From: an uncultured Treponemataceae bacterium
GTDB taxonomy: Bacteria; Spirochaetota; Spirochaetia; Treponematales; UBA12059
Reading direction: 5' to 3'
DNA: 64,000 nt
Assembly: GCA_964630305.1 (NCBI GenBank)
Contig: CAZVTR010000001.1
Coordinates: 62,901 to 126,900 of the forward strand
Shown here: piece after piece, positions 36,978 through 45,938 of the stretch
Position numbering within the stretch: the stretch's first letter is position 1
Layout: each line of letters begins with the position of its first letter
Translations under genes and position numbers: made by a program
The notes under the pieces: model-generated
What the model was told of the DNA's origin: nothing
What the model saw: only the letters and a program-made list of their open reading frames with translations
Database searches by the model: none

Positions 36978-37895
36978 ATGAAAAAGGTAGTATTTAAACC
37001 GCAGGAAATTGTGCCGCTTTCAACAAGCTTTGTTATAGGACCGCCAGAACCAGAAGAAAAGGAAGAAAAGCTTGAAGCTATAACACCGCTTGAAGCATAT
37101 ACTGGTCCAACTGCTGATGATTTGCGAAGAGAAGCAGAAGCGTTTAAAGAACAGTGGGAAAAAGAAAAAGAGGCAATGATAGCTGCTGCTCGTGCAGAAG
37201 CCGAAGAAATTATAAAACGCGCAGAGGCTACTGCTTTCCAGGAAGTAAAACGAAAAAATGATCAGGCTCTTGCTATAAGGCATGAGGCTGAACTTGCCGC
37301 TGAAAAAGCGCTCGCCGATGCTGAACAAAAAATCAAAGAAATGGAACGTCAAGCACAAGCGCGCATCAATGAAATTACTAACGAAGCATATAAAAAAGGT
37401 TTTGAACAGGGACGAGAGGAAGGGTTTAAAGCCGAAAAAGCCGAAGTAGAAAGGCTCATTCAGCGTTTGCATACTATTATCGAACGAACGCTTGATAAAC
37501 GTGAAGAAATATTAAATAACACAGAAACTCAAATAGTTGAACTTGTGCTTCTTATTTCACGAAAAGTTGTTAAAACAATCAGCGAAAACCAGAAGAGCGT
37601 TATTATTTCTAACATTGCTCAGGCTTTGCGAAAGCTTAAAACAAGAAGCGATATCATTATCAGAGTTAATATTGCGGACCTTCAGCTTGCAAGCGAACAT
37701 TTAAAAGAATTTACGGATATGGTTGAAAATGCAAAGAATATCAGTATTGTTGAAGACACAACTGTTGATAAGGGCGGCTGTATCATAGAAACCGATTTTG
37801 GCGAAATTGATGCAAGAATACAGAGCCAGCTTAATGAACTAGAAGAAAAGATACTTGATATTGCACCAATTAAATCTAAAGGGAAAAGTCAGTAA
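36978..37895 (+). CDS. fliH: flagellar export regulator FliH
   Basis: 305 aa. E/K/A-rich coiled-coil N-half and a FliH/YscL-like C-half (IETDFGEIDARIQSQL). Located between fliG and fliI. Confidence 0.85.
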   Translation: MKKVVFKPQEIVPLSTSFVIGPPEPEEKEEKLEAITPLEAYTGPTADDLRREAEAFKEQWEKEKEAMIAAARAEAEEIIKRAEATAFQEVKRKNDQALAIRHEAELAAEKALADAEQKIKEMERQAQARINEITNEAYKKGFEQGREEGFKAEKAEVERLIQRLHTIIERTLDKREEILNNTETQIVELVLLISRKVVKTISENQKSVIISNIAQALRKLKTRSDIIIRVNIADLQLASEHLKEFTDMVENAKNISIVEDTTVDKGGCIIETDFGEIDARIQSQLNELEEKILDIAPIKSKGKSQ

Positions 37896-37897
37896 TT

Positions 37898-39304
37898 ATG
37901 GATCTCATGGAAAAATATCTTGATGCTGTCGAACTCACCGATCCAATAAAATTTACTGGCAGGGTAATTGGCGTTAAAGGCTTACTTATAGAAAGTTTAG
38001 GACCGGTTGCTGTAATAGGTGAACTGTGCAAGATATTTATTCCTCGTTATGAAAAATTTATTTTTGCAGAAGTTGTTGGACTGCATGACAAGATTGTACA
38101 GCTCATGACGTTTGAAGCTACTGATGGTCTTGAGATTGGCTGTCCGGTAATAGCGAGCGGTGAAAGTCTTACAGTACCGGTTTCTGAAAAATTGTTAGGC
38201 AGAGTGCTCGACTGTCTTGGTAAACCAATAGACGGCAAAGGCGATATAAGTTCATCAATGAGGTATCAAGTGCAAAGCACAGCGCCACATGCACTGGAGC
38301 GAAAGCGCATCACTAAACGAATGGTAACGGGAATTAAAGCCATCGATGCACTCCTTCCTGTAGGCAAAGGACAGCGTGTTGGTATTTTTGCCGGTTCTGG
38401 TGTTGGTAAATCCACATTACTGGGCATGATTGCACGAAACACACTCGCAGACATCAATGTAATTGCGCTTATTGGTGAACGCGGAAGAGAAGTTCGTGAG
38501 TTTATTGAAAATGATATTGGTGCAGAGGGACTTGAGCGTTCAGTAATCATTGTATCAACTTCAGATAATTTGCCATTAGCGAGGCTCAGAGGCGCGTATG
38601 TAGCGATGTCGGTAGCAGAATACTTCCGGGATCAGGGAGCGGATGTGATGCTGCTCTTTGATTCTGTCACTCGCTTTGCACGGGCTCAGCGTGAAATTGG
38701 ATTATCTATTGGAGAGCCGCCAACTACCCGGGGGTATACTCCCAGTGTTTTTGATACACTGCCAAAACTGCTTGAGCGAGCTGGCACTTCTTCCAAAGGC
38801 TCAATTACTGGCTTTTTTACCATTTTAGTTGACGGTGATGATATGGATGAGCCAATTTCTGATGCTGTTCGAGGAATTCTCGATGGCCATTTTGTACTCT
38901 CACGAAAATTAGCCGAACGGTATCAATATCCTGCAATCGATGTATTAAAATCAATATCGAGGCTTGTTACCAGTGTAGCAGGACCCCAAACGCAAAGAGC
39001 GATTGGTATTATACGAAAATATTTAGCAGTGTATGAAGAAGCAGAAGATATGATTGCAATTGGTGCATATGTTAAAGGTTCTAATCCGGAAATCGACAGT
39101 GCAATAGAAAAGCGGCCTGCAATACTTGCATTGCTCCAGCAATCTATTACCGAAAAAATACCATTTGGTGAAACGATGCGTACACTGGGAACCATAGCCG
39201 GAATTGACATACCGCATAGCGAACTGGATCAATTTATGGATGTTCCTAACTTTGATACTGCTAAATTATTAGAACGACGCGATAGAGGTAAATTCGATAT
39301 ATGA
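37898..39304 (+). CDS. fliI: flagellum-specific ATPase FliI
   Basis: 468 aa. Walker A GSGVGKST, Walker B VMLLFDSVTRFA, F1/T3SS ATPase fold. Confidence 0.96.
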   Translation: MDLMEKYLDAVELTDPIKFTGRVIGVKGLLIESLGPVAVIGELCKIFIPRYEKFIFAEVVGLHDKIVQLMTFEATDGLEIGCPVIASGESLTVPVSEKLLGRVLDCLGKPIDGKGDISSSMRYQVQSTAPHALERKRITKRMVTGIKAIDALLPVGKGQRVGIFAGSGVGKSTLLGMIARNTLADINVIALIGERGREVREFIENDIGAEGLERSVIIVSTSDNLPLARLRGAYVAMSVAEYFRDQGADVMLLFDSVTRFARAQREIGLSIGEPPTTRGYTPSVFDTLPKLLERAGTSSKGSITGFFTILVDGDDMDEPISDAVRGILDGHFVLSRKLAERYQYPAIDVLKSISRLVTSVAGPQTQRAIGIIRKYLAVYEEAEDMIAIGAYVKGSNPEIDSAIEKRPAILALLQQSITEKIPFGETMRTLGTIAGIDIPHSELDQFMDVPNFDTAKLLERRDRGKFDI

Positions 39305-39744
39305 AACCGTTTGTATTCAGCCTGGAACCGCTCTTAGAATACCGCACCTTTGAACTTGAAAAAATCGAAAAAGAGCTTTCACTCCAGAGCGGCAAGCTCG
39401 CACTCCTTAATGAACAGCTCGAAGCTAATGCTAGGGAATTGCTGAGAATTGGATTTGAACGTTTCCAAAAATCAAATACGCTTAAAGAAATACGTGCGTA
39501 TGAACTTTACAGCAAACGGCTCGAAGCTGAAAAAGAAAAACTCATAAAAGCTATAGCAGCAGCAGAATTAGAATTAGAAAAAATTCGTGCGCAGTGGACA
39601 GAAGCTAATAAAAAGAAAAAGGTGCTGGAAAAAATGAAAGAAAAAAAATATACTGCTTGGAAGCAAGAAAAAGCTCAGCAGGAAATACTTATGCTTGATG
39701 AATTTGGCATAGGAGCTCATGAGCGGGAAAAACATGTTGTATAA
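39301..39744 (+). CDS. fliJ: flagellar export chaperone-like protein FliJ
   Basis: 147 aa all coiled-coil. ATGA overlap with the fliI stop. Canonical position. Confidence 0.8.
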   Translation: MKPFVFSLEPLLEYRTFELEKIEKELSLQSGKLALLNEQLEANARELLRIGFERFQKSNTLKEIRAYELYSKRLEAEKEKLIKAIAAAELELEKIRAQWTEANKKKKVLEKMKEKKYTAWKQEKAQQEILMLDEFGIGAHEREKHVV

Positions 39745-39756
39745 AAGGATGCACTG

Positions 39757-40386
39757 ATGCCGGGATATAGAAAACAGCGGATTGGAACGAGATTGTTAGC
39801 AATGATTTTGCTAATTATTGTTATATTAATACTCGGGTTTATCTGGCTGGATTTTTTAGGCTTTATTGATTTAAAAGATTTTCTATCTCCAGTATTTAAA
39901 CTGATGAATATTCCCGTCCGCACCGGAAAAGCTATCCCCGCAACTGTGCCAGCTCTCTTAGATGAAGAACGGTTTGCTAAACAATTTGAAGCACTTGAAC
40001 TCCAAAAACAACAGCTTGCAGAAGCTGAACGTGTACTCAAAGAAAAAGAAAACACATTGCTAGCACGAGAGCAAGAATTAAACGATAAAGATAAAAAATT
40101 GCAGGAGCAACAAATTTCTCTCAATAACCAGTTTAAAGCGTACGAAAATAGAAAAGCCAATATCGAGCAGAATGCACGATATCTGACTGGTATGCCTCCA
40201 AAGGAAGCTGTAAATATTTTGCTTTCTATGGATGACGAGCTTGTAATTGATATCCTGCGGATGGTTGATGCACTGGCGGCGAGTTCAGGGGAGAATTCAA
40301 TAGTACCCTACTGGATGTCGCTCATGCCTGCCGAACGTTCTGCAGCAATACAGCGAAAAATGGCGATCAAGTCAGAATCGGATTAA
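39757..40386 (+). CDS. flbB: FlbB/YlxF-family flagellar protein (TM + coiled coil + MgtE-N-like domain)
   Basis: 209 aa. N-terminal TM (LLAMILLIIVILILGFIWLDFLGF), a coiled coil, and C-terminal MPPKEAVNILLSMDDELVIDILRMVD. Same slot as Borrelia flbB and B. subtilis ylxF, after fliJ. Confidence 0.6.
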   Translation: MPGYRKQRIGTRLLAMILLIIVILILGFIWLDFLGFIDLKDFLSPVFKLMNIPVRTGKAIPATVPALLDEERFAKQFEALELQKQQLAEAERVLKEKENTLLAREQELNDKDKKLQEQQISLNNQFKAYENRKANIEQNARYLTGMPPKEAVNILLSMDDELVIDILRMVDALAASSGENSIVPYWMSLMPAERSAAIQRKMAIKSESD

Positions 40387-40440
40387 TTTTCTAATTTTCG
40401 ATACTGCAGTATCTGCTCAATTGGCAAGGAGCAGTGATAC

Positions 40441-41538
40441 ATGCAGGCATCACAGGAAATTGGGACACTCCTTCTGAGTGGAAAATCTGAAACTGGCAGT
40501 AAAAACAGCAAACGGGTAAAAGGGAATTTTTCATCGGTTTTTAGCAAAACATTACCTCATGCCTCGTCAAAAAATGTTGATAAGCCGCAACAGGCTGCTC
40601 AGCAGAAATTACCAATTGAGACGAATATTGTATCAAAATTTGATGCTGCAAAGCCAGTAAAAAAATCAGAATTAAATAATTCAAATAATTCAGATGTATC
40701 AGAAGAATTAGTTCGCAGTAAAAAAACAAAAGCATCGAATCATGAAGCAGCAAAAGAAACGATACAAAAATCACCTCAAGATGCAATTGCAATTCCAGTT
40801 CAGTTTACTCGCCCTGCTAATAGTGAGCAGGTAAAAAATGATATAGCAGAAGATGATAAACGATCGTTAAAAAAAATTGAGAAGCAAGACGCACAGATTT
40901 CTCAGTGGACCATAATTGATCAGCGAAAACAAAAGAATCCAGCACAATCGGCAAATAACGCAACCGATACGCCGGTTAAGCAAGATACGCAGGGAAAATA
41001 CAGACAGGAGCCTGAACTTGTACTTTCTATCAGGCAGGAGCAGAACTTTCAGCAAGAGTCTTCAATCGGGCAAGCTGGATCGGTGAAAAATGAGCATCAA
41101 TCATTTGCAGAAGTACTTACAAGGCATTTAGAGGGTGCAAGTCAGGAAATAGTAAAAACAGCACAGGTTGTGCTTCAGGATAATGATTCGGGTATTATCA
41201 GGCTGCGCCTTGAACCAGAAACTTTAGGCGGAGTCAAGATTGAACTCAAATTAGCCGAAAAGAAAATTAGCGGCACTATTGTTGTAGAATCTGATGTGGT
41301 TCAGGCTGCCTTTAAAGATTCGTATGCTGCATTGCGCGATGCATTTAACAGCCAGGGGTTTGAGCTTACGCAATTGGATATTAATGTAGGCAACGGTAAC
41401 AGCAATGCGGATAATTATGCAGATAAAAAGCCAATATATGACCAACATGTAAAGAAAATTGAACAGGCGGTTCCGGAAGCAGTTTCCAGCACTCCATGGA
41501 CGCTGAGTTCGGGACTTACAGTAAATTTGGTAATTTAG
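40441..41538 (+). CDS. fliK: flagellar hook-length control protein FliK
   Basis: 365 aa. Disordered polar N-part, and a C-terminal Flg_hook-type domain IIRLRLEPETLGGVKIELKLAEKKISGTIVVESDVVQAAFKDSYAALRDAFNSQGFEL. Located upstream of flgD. Confidence 0.8.
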   Translation: MQASQEIGTLLLSGKSETGSKNSKRVKGNFSSVFSKTLPHASSKNVDKPQQAAQQKLPIETNIVSKFDAAKPVKKSELNNSNNSDVSEELVRSKKTKASNHEAAKETIQKSPQDAIAIPVQFTRPANSEQVKNDIAEDDKRSLKKIEKQDAQISQWTIIDQRKQKNPAQSANNATDTPVKQDTQGKYRQEPELVLSIRQEQNFQQESSIGQAGSVKNEHQSFAEVLTRHLEGASQEIVKTAQVVLQDNDSGIIRLRLEPETLGGVKIELKLAEKKISGTIVVESDVVQAAFKDSYAALRDAFNSQGFELTQLDINVGNGNSNADNYADKKPIYDQHVKKIEQAVPEAVSSTPWTLSSGLTVNLVI

Positions 41539-41562
41539 CATGCTGGAATAAGGAGAAGAGCA

Positions 41563-41997
41563 ATGGACATGAACTTTACCATGTCAGCGCAAGAACTGCA
41601 GTTAGCAGCGATTGAGGCAGATCGTTTTAACAAGCAGCTATTTGATGGCAAAAAAATCACTCAGGAAATGGGAAAGGATGAGTTTTTAAAAATCCTTATA
41701 ACCCAGCTTCAAAACCAGGATCCGACATCCCCAATGGAGGATAAAGAGTTTATAGCTCAGATGGCACAATTCTCAACCCTGGAACAAATGACCAATATGG
41801 TGCAAAATTTTTCAGCGCTTGCCGGAGTTTTAAAGTCGAGTGAAGCACAGGCAATGGTTGGAAAAAATGTAAGCATTGCAGATGGTGATAAATTAGTAAC
41901 TGGTACAGTGAATCAGGTGGTGCGCGGCGATTTCCCGCTTCTTCTTGTAAATGGGAAATATTACGATCTCGATCAGGTTCTTTCTGTTAATGAATAA
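41563..41997 (+). CDS. flgD: flagellar hook capping/assembly protein FlgD
   Basis: 144 aa. FLKILITQLQNQDPTSPMEDKEFIAQMAQFSTLEQM. Confidence 0.92.
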   Translation: MDMNFTMSAQELQLAAIEADRFNKQLFDGKKITQEMGKDEFLKILITQLQNQDPTSPMEDKEFIAQMAQFSTLEQMTNMVQNFSALAGVLKSSEAQAMVGKNVSIADGDKLVTGTVNQVVRGDFPLLLVNGKYYDLDQVLSVNE

Positions 41998-42009
41998 GGA
42001 GGCTCTGGT

Positions 42010-43398
42010 ATGATGCGTTCATTATATTCTGGCGTTGCTGGACTTCAGAATCATCAGATCCGCATGGATGTCATTGGTAACAATATAGCAAATGTCAATA
42101 CAATTGGCTTTAAAAAGAACAGAGTCAATTTCCAGGATCTCTTATATCAACAGATTTCCGGTGCTGCAAGACCGAATGAGGAAGTGGGTGGTGTAAACCC
42201 TAAAGAAGTTGGTCTTGGTATGCTTGTAGCAAGCATTGACACCGTTCACACACAAGGAGCAATGCAGACTACTGGTGTTCAGACCGATGTTGCTATTCAG
42301 GGCAATGGTTTCTTTGTGCTGCAAAAAGGCGATCAGCGTTTTTATACGAGAGCGGGAGCATTTAGTCTCGACCGCGACGGTACGCTCGTGAACCCGGCAA
42401 ACGGCTTTCGTGTTCAAGGTTGGAATGCACAGGTTATCAATGGTAAAGAAATATTAAATACATCGGGTGCAATAGAAGATTTAGTAATTCCAGTGGGATC
42501 AAAAGATCCGGCTAAAGCTACTGAACAGGTCTACCTTGCATGTAACTTAGATAAACGGCTGCAAGAGATTCCAGAAGGGGCAACCGAAGATACTATTAGA
42601 GCCAATACGTGGCGGGTAGAAGAAAAAATCTATGATGCATTCGGTATAGAGCATATCCTCCGAGTAGATTTTGCAAAAGTTCCTGGTCAGACTAACCAGT
42701 GGCGTGCAACGGTTTCAGTTGATCCGCAGGCTGAAACATCGACAAATCCTGCAGTAGGATTAAACCCGGCTGCGCTTGGAGATAATACGTTTATTGTGGA
42801 ATTTGATAACAAAGGAACCTTGCAGCGTATTTTAGATAACCAGGGTAATGAATCTCCGCAGGCTGGCAACCTTGCAATTAACATAGCATTTGATGTACAG
42901 GGTGCAACACCAGTTGAAGGCGCTCCTGTGCGACAGACTTTTGCGCTCAACCTTGGAACAGTCGGCAGCGTTAAAAATACCATAACACAGTTTGCTGAAG
43001 CCTCAAGCACCAAAGTTTATCAGCAGGATGGCTACAGTATGGGATATCTTGAAAATTTCAAAATTGATCAATCGGGTATTATTACCGCTGTATATTCAAA
43101 TGGTTCAACGCGAACAATTGGTCAGTTAGCGATTGCTACATTCACAAATCCTAATGGTCTTGAAAAGGCAGGTGAAACCAATTTTGTCCAATCACTTAAC
43201 TCTGGATTAGCTAATATTGGGCCATCGGGCATAGCAGGCAAAGGGAAAATACTTGCAGGAAATCTTGAAATGTCTAATGTAGATCTTGCTGAGCAGTTTA
43301 CAGACATGATTGTAACACAGCGCGGGTTCCAGGCAAATTCAAAAACAATTCAGACTTCTGATCAGATGCTGCAGGAACTTCTGACACTCAAACGCTAA
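42010..43398 (+). CDS. flgE: flagellar hook protein FlgE (spirochaete type, Lys165/Cys178 present)
   Basis: 462 aa. [31 protein letters not shown], and C-terminal [30 protein letters not shown]. Lys codon at 42502..42504 and Cys codon at 42541..42543. Confidence 0.95.
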   Translation: MMRSLYSGVAGLQNHQIRMDVIGNNIANVNTIGFKKNRVNFQDLLYQQISGAARPNEEVGGVNPKEVGLGMLVASIDTVHTQGAMQTTGVQTDVAIQGNGFFVLQKGDQRFYTRAGAFSLDRDGTLVNPANGFRVQGWNAQVINGKEILNTSGAIEDLVIPVGSKDPAKATEQVYLACNLDKRLQEIPEGATEDTIRANTWRVEEKIYDAFGIEHILRVDFAKVPGQTNQWRATVSVDPQAETSTNPAVGLNPAALGDNTFIVEFDNKGTLQRILDNQGNESPQAGNLAINIAFDVQGATPVEGAPVRQTFALNLGTVGSVKNTITQFAEASSTKVYQQDGYSMGYLENFKIDQSGIITAVYSNGSTRTIGQLAIATFTNPNGLEKAGETNFVQSLNSGLANIGPSGIAGKGKILAGNLEMSNVDLAEQFTDMIVTQRGFQANSKTIQTSDQMLQELLTLKR

Positions 43399-43430
43399 AG
43401 GTTTTTGGGTCCTGCATGATAGTTTTCGCT

Positions 43431-43461
43431 GAGCCAATTTCATAATGCATGAAATTGGCTC
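43431..43461 (+). other. perfect 13-bp RNA hairpin in the flgE-flbD gap
   Basis: GAGCCAATTTCAT (43431..43443), 5-nt loop AATGC, ATGAAATTGGCTC (43449..43461). No U-tract follows (ACTTTAATAGG). Confidence 0.6.
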
Positions 43462-43482
43462 ACTTTAATAGGATGTTAAGAT

Positions 43483-43680
43483 ATGATACAATTATCAAAG
43501 CTTAATGGCGACGTGTTTTGGATAAACCCGCATCTCATTGAATTTATAGAAGCTACGCCAGATACGGTTCTTGTTATGGTTTCCGGTAAGCATGTGTTAG
43601 TAAAGGAACCAGTTCAAGAAGTAATTGATCGTATTATTGCATATAGAAAAAAACTTGGCGCAAACGGGCAGGAGGAGTAA
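43483..43680 (+). CDS. flbD: flagellar protein FlbD
   Basis: 65 aa. MIQLSKLNGDVFWINPHLIEFIEATPDTVLVMVSGKHVLVKEPVQEVIDRI. Located immediately upstream of motA. Confidence 0.88.
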   Translation: MIQLSKLNGDVFWINPHLIEFIEATPDTVLVMVSGKHVLVKEPVQEVIDRIIAYRKKLGANGQEE

Positions 43681-43683
43681 ACA

Positions 43684-44466
43684 ATGGATATTGCGTCCAT
43701 ATTAGGTTTTATTGGCGGCTGGGCAATGATTATTCTATCAATGATTTCATCAGGCGGACAACCGGCTGGTTACATTGATATTCCTTCTGTTTTTATGACT
43801 ATCGGTGGTTCTGCTTTTGCTTTGCTTTTTGGATCGAGCGTTAAAGATTTTTTTCAATTATTTAAGGTCATGGGTAAAATTTTAAGAGTACCTGATTTTG
43901 GTGAATTAAAAAAAATTGAAATGCTTGTGTCCTATGCTGAACGAGCACGAAAAGAAGGACTCCTTTCCTTGGAAGAAGAAATTGAAACTATTGATGATGA
44001 GTTTATGAAAACTGGCTTGCGCATGGTCGTTGACTCAATTGACGCTACTATTGTGCGCAATGTCATGGAAAGTGAAATCAATCAGATGAATGAACGCCAC
44101 GGGAAATGGTTTAAAATGATAGATAACTGGGCTAAGCTTGCACCAGGTTTTGGAATGCTCGGTACAGTGCAAGGTCTTATAGCTATGATGAAAAAGCTTG
44201 AAGATAAGAGCAGTATTGGACGTAATATGGCAGTTGCGCTAGTTACAACATACTACGGTGCTATTATGGCTAACTTTATTTTAACACCAATTATGGGTAA
44301 GCTCATTCAATATGATGCTCAGGAAACAAAAGTCCGGGAAATGGTGCTCGAAGGAGTGCTTTCAATACAGCAGGGCGATAACCCGCATATTGTACAGCAA
44401 AAGTTAACTGTGTATCTCACGCCAGAACAGCGCAAAAAATTCGAAGAAATGCATCCGTCGTCATAA
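43684..44466 (+). CDS. motA: flagellar motor stator protein MotA
   Basis: 260 aa, four TM segments. LAPGFGMLGTVQGLI and TTYYGAIMANFILTPI. Confidence 0.93.
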   Translation: MDIASILGFIGGWAMIILSMISSGGQPAGYIDIPSVFMTIGGSAFALLFGSSVKDFFQLFKVMGKILRVPDFGELKKIEMLVSYAERARKEGLLSLEEEIETIDDEFMKTGLRMVVDSIDATIVRNVMESEINQMNERHGKWFKMIDNWAKLAPGFGMLGTVQGLIAMMKKLEDKSSIGRNMAVALVTTYYGAIMANFILTPIMGKLIQYDAQETKVREMVLEGVLSIQQGDNPHIVQQKLTVYLTPEQRKKFEEMHPSS

Positions 44467-44475
44467 GGAATAGCC

Positions 44476-45207
44476 ATGGCCAGAAAGAAAAAAGAAGAAA
44501 ATTTAGGAGGACTCGGTGAATGGATTGTTACCTATGGAGACATGGTAACACTGCTCCTCTGTTTCTTTGTGGCTATGTTTAATATGTCCGATATCGAAGT
44601 TGTTCAGCTCAATCAAATGATTTCAAGCTTTAACAATATCGGTACTGGTGCATCTACTGGCGGGCAAACACTCTCAGCGGGGCGCATGGCAGAATTAGGT
44701 AACTCAATCAATTCACTGCCTTCAATGGAAAAAGGCAAAATGCTTGCAACAGCTAAGAAAAAAGCTGTTTCACTTTTACAGCCAGAGATTAAATCAAATA
44801 TTATTCGAGTTACCATTGATGAACGAGGACTTGTTATCACCTTAGCGGCTGATGCATTTTTTAGGAAGGGCAGCGCGGATATCAATATCGAAGACACACG
44901 CGATATGCTCTTGCGCATTGCGGAGCTTTTGCGTTCTCCAGATCTTATCAATCGAAAAATACGGATAGAGGGACACACTGACAGAACACCAACCGATCCC
45001 AATGGCCCTTGGCCTACAAACTGGGAACTTTCAGTAGCGCGCGCGCTTAATGTACTGCACTATTTAGTAGATTTTGGAGTACCGGAAACCAAATTTCAGG
45101 TAGCAGGTTTTGGTGATACCATGCCACTCGATCCCCGTGATGTTGAAGAAGCATATGCATATAATAGACGTGTTGATATAATAATTCTTGATGAAGGACA
45201 TCTGTAA
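44476..45207 (+). CDS. motB: flagellar motor stator protein MotB
   Basis: 243 aa. WIVTYGDMVTLLLCFF (conserved Asp in the TM), and an OmpA-like C-terminus (IEGHTDRTP...NWELSVARA...NRRVDI). Confidence 0.93.
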   Translation: MARKKKEENLGGLGEWIVTYGDMVTLLLCFFVAMFNMSDIEVVQLNQMISSFNNIGTGASTGGQTLSAGRMAELGNSINSLPSMEKGKMLATAKKKAVSLLQPEIKSNIIRVTIDERGLVITLAADAFFRKGSADINIEDTRDMLLRIAELLRSPDLINRKIRIEGHTDRTPTDPNGPWPTNWELSVARALNVLHYLVDFGVPETKFQVAGFGDTMPLDPRDVEEAYAYNRRVDIIILDEGHL

Positions 45208-45224
45208 CAATAAGGAGTACGGCT

Positions 45225-45779
45225 ATGGCTGATGAATATGATAAAGGGTTTGATAACATCGATGAAGAAGCGCCTGAGCAGGGTAAACCGCAAAAAGCAG
45301 GTATAGCTGCTGGCGCAATACTTGGAATACTAAAATGGGTCGCAATAGGGCTCGGCTTTGTGTTTCTCGTTGTAATCATTGTTATAATTACCGTTGGAAT
45401 ACTGAATAAGCAGTCAAAACCGCTCACCGAACTTCCAAATTCAGAAATTTATATGAAAGCTGCTCCTATGTGGTCAACCTTTACTGCAATTGATCAGGTA
45501 ACTGTTACTACAATGGACAAAGAACCCTGGGCAATAACCGTAAAAATAAATCTAGCGTATGATGAAGCCGACAAAACGATTCTTACTGAGCTTACCAACA
45601 GAAAGTATCAAATCCAGGATTTTCTTCGTAACTTTTTCAGTAAAAAACTTATCGAAGAACTTATGCCAGATAAAGAACCTGTGCTTAAAGAAGAGTTGCG
45701 AAATCAGCTCAATGCACTGTTAACAAAACCAGCTATTAAAGATATTTATTTCCAGGACTTCAGGCGAACACAGATGTAA
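45225..45779 (+). CDS. fliL: flagellar basal-body-associated protein FliL
   Basis: 184 aa. Single TM (WVAIGLGFVFLVVIIVIITVGIL) and a C-terminal FliL domain ending IKDIYFQDFRRTQM. Confidence 0.85.
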   Translation: MADEYDKGFDNIDEEAPEQGKPQKAGIAAGAILGILKWVAIGLGFVFLVVIIVIITVGILNKQSKPLTELPNSEIYMKAAPMWSTFTAIDQVTVTTMDKEPWAITVKINLAYDEADKTILTELTNRKYQIQDFLRNFFSKKLIEELMPDKEPVLKEELRNQLNALLTKPAIKDIYFQDFRRTQM

Positions 45780-45785
45780 AGATCG

Positions 45786-45815
45786 TACAATGGAAAGTTT
45801 TCCATTGTAGTTTTT
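45786..45815 (+). terminator. terminator-like hairpin 7 nt after the fliL stop
   Basis: TACAATGGA (45786..45794), loop AAGTTT, TCCATTGTA (45801..45809), then G and TTTTT (45811..45815). AT-rich 9-bp stem. Confidence 0.5.
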
Positions 45816-45848
45816 AATAAAATATATTACAGTAATAGGTGAAAATAC

Positions 45849-45875
45849 AGAGCATGCAGGTGTTTTGCATGCTCT
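45849..45875 (+). other. second hairpin in the fliL-fliM gap
   Basis: AGAGCATGCA (45849..45858), 7-nt loop GGTGTTT, TGCATGCTCT (45866..45875). Perfect 10-bp stem, followed only by TT. Confidence 0.55.
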
Positions 45876-45938
45876 TTGCAAAATTGAAAAAATGGTTGTG
45901 AAAAACACAGCGTATATAACCATGGATGGAGTGCGGAA

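Noticed and set aside
37020-37472. 150-aa antisense ORF inside fliH
   Set aside because: Its F/S/C/L-rich composition is the mirror image of the E/K/A-rich coiled-coil codons on the sense strand. It has no SD and is fully nested in a well-supported gene.
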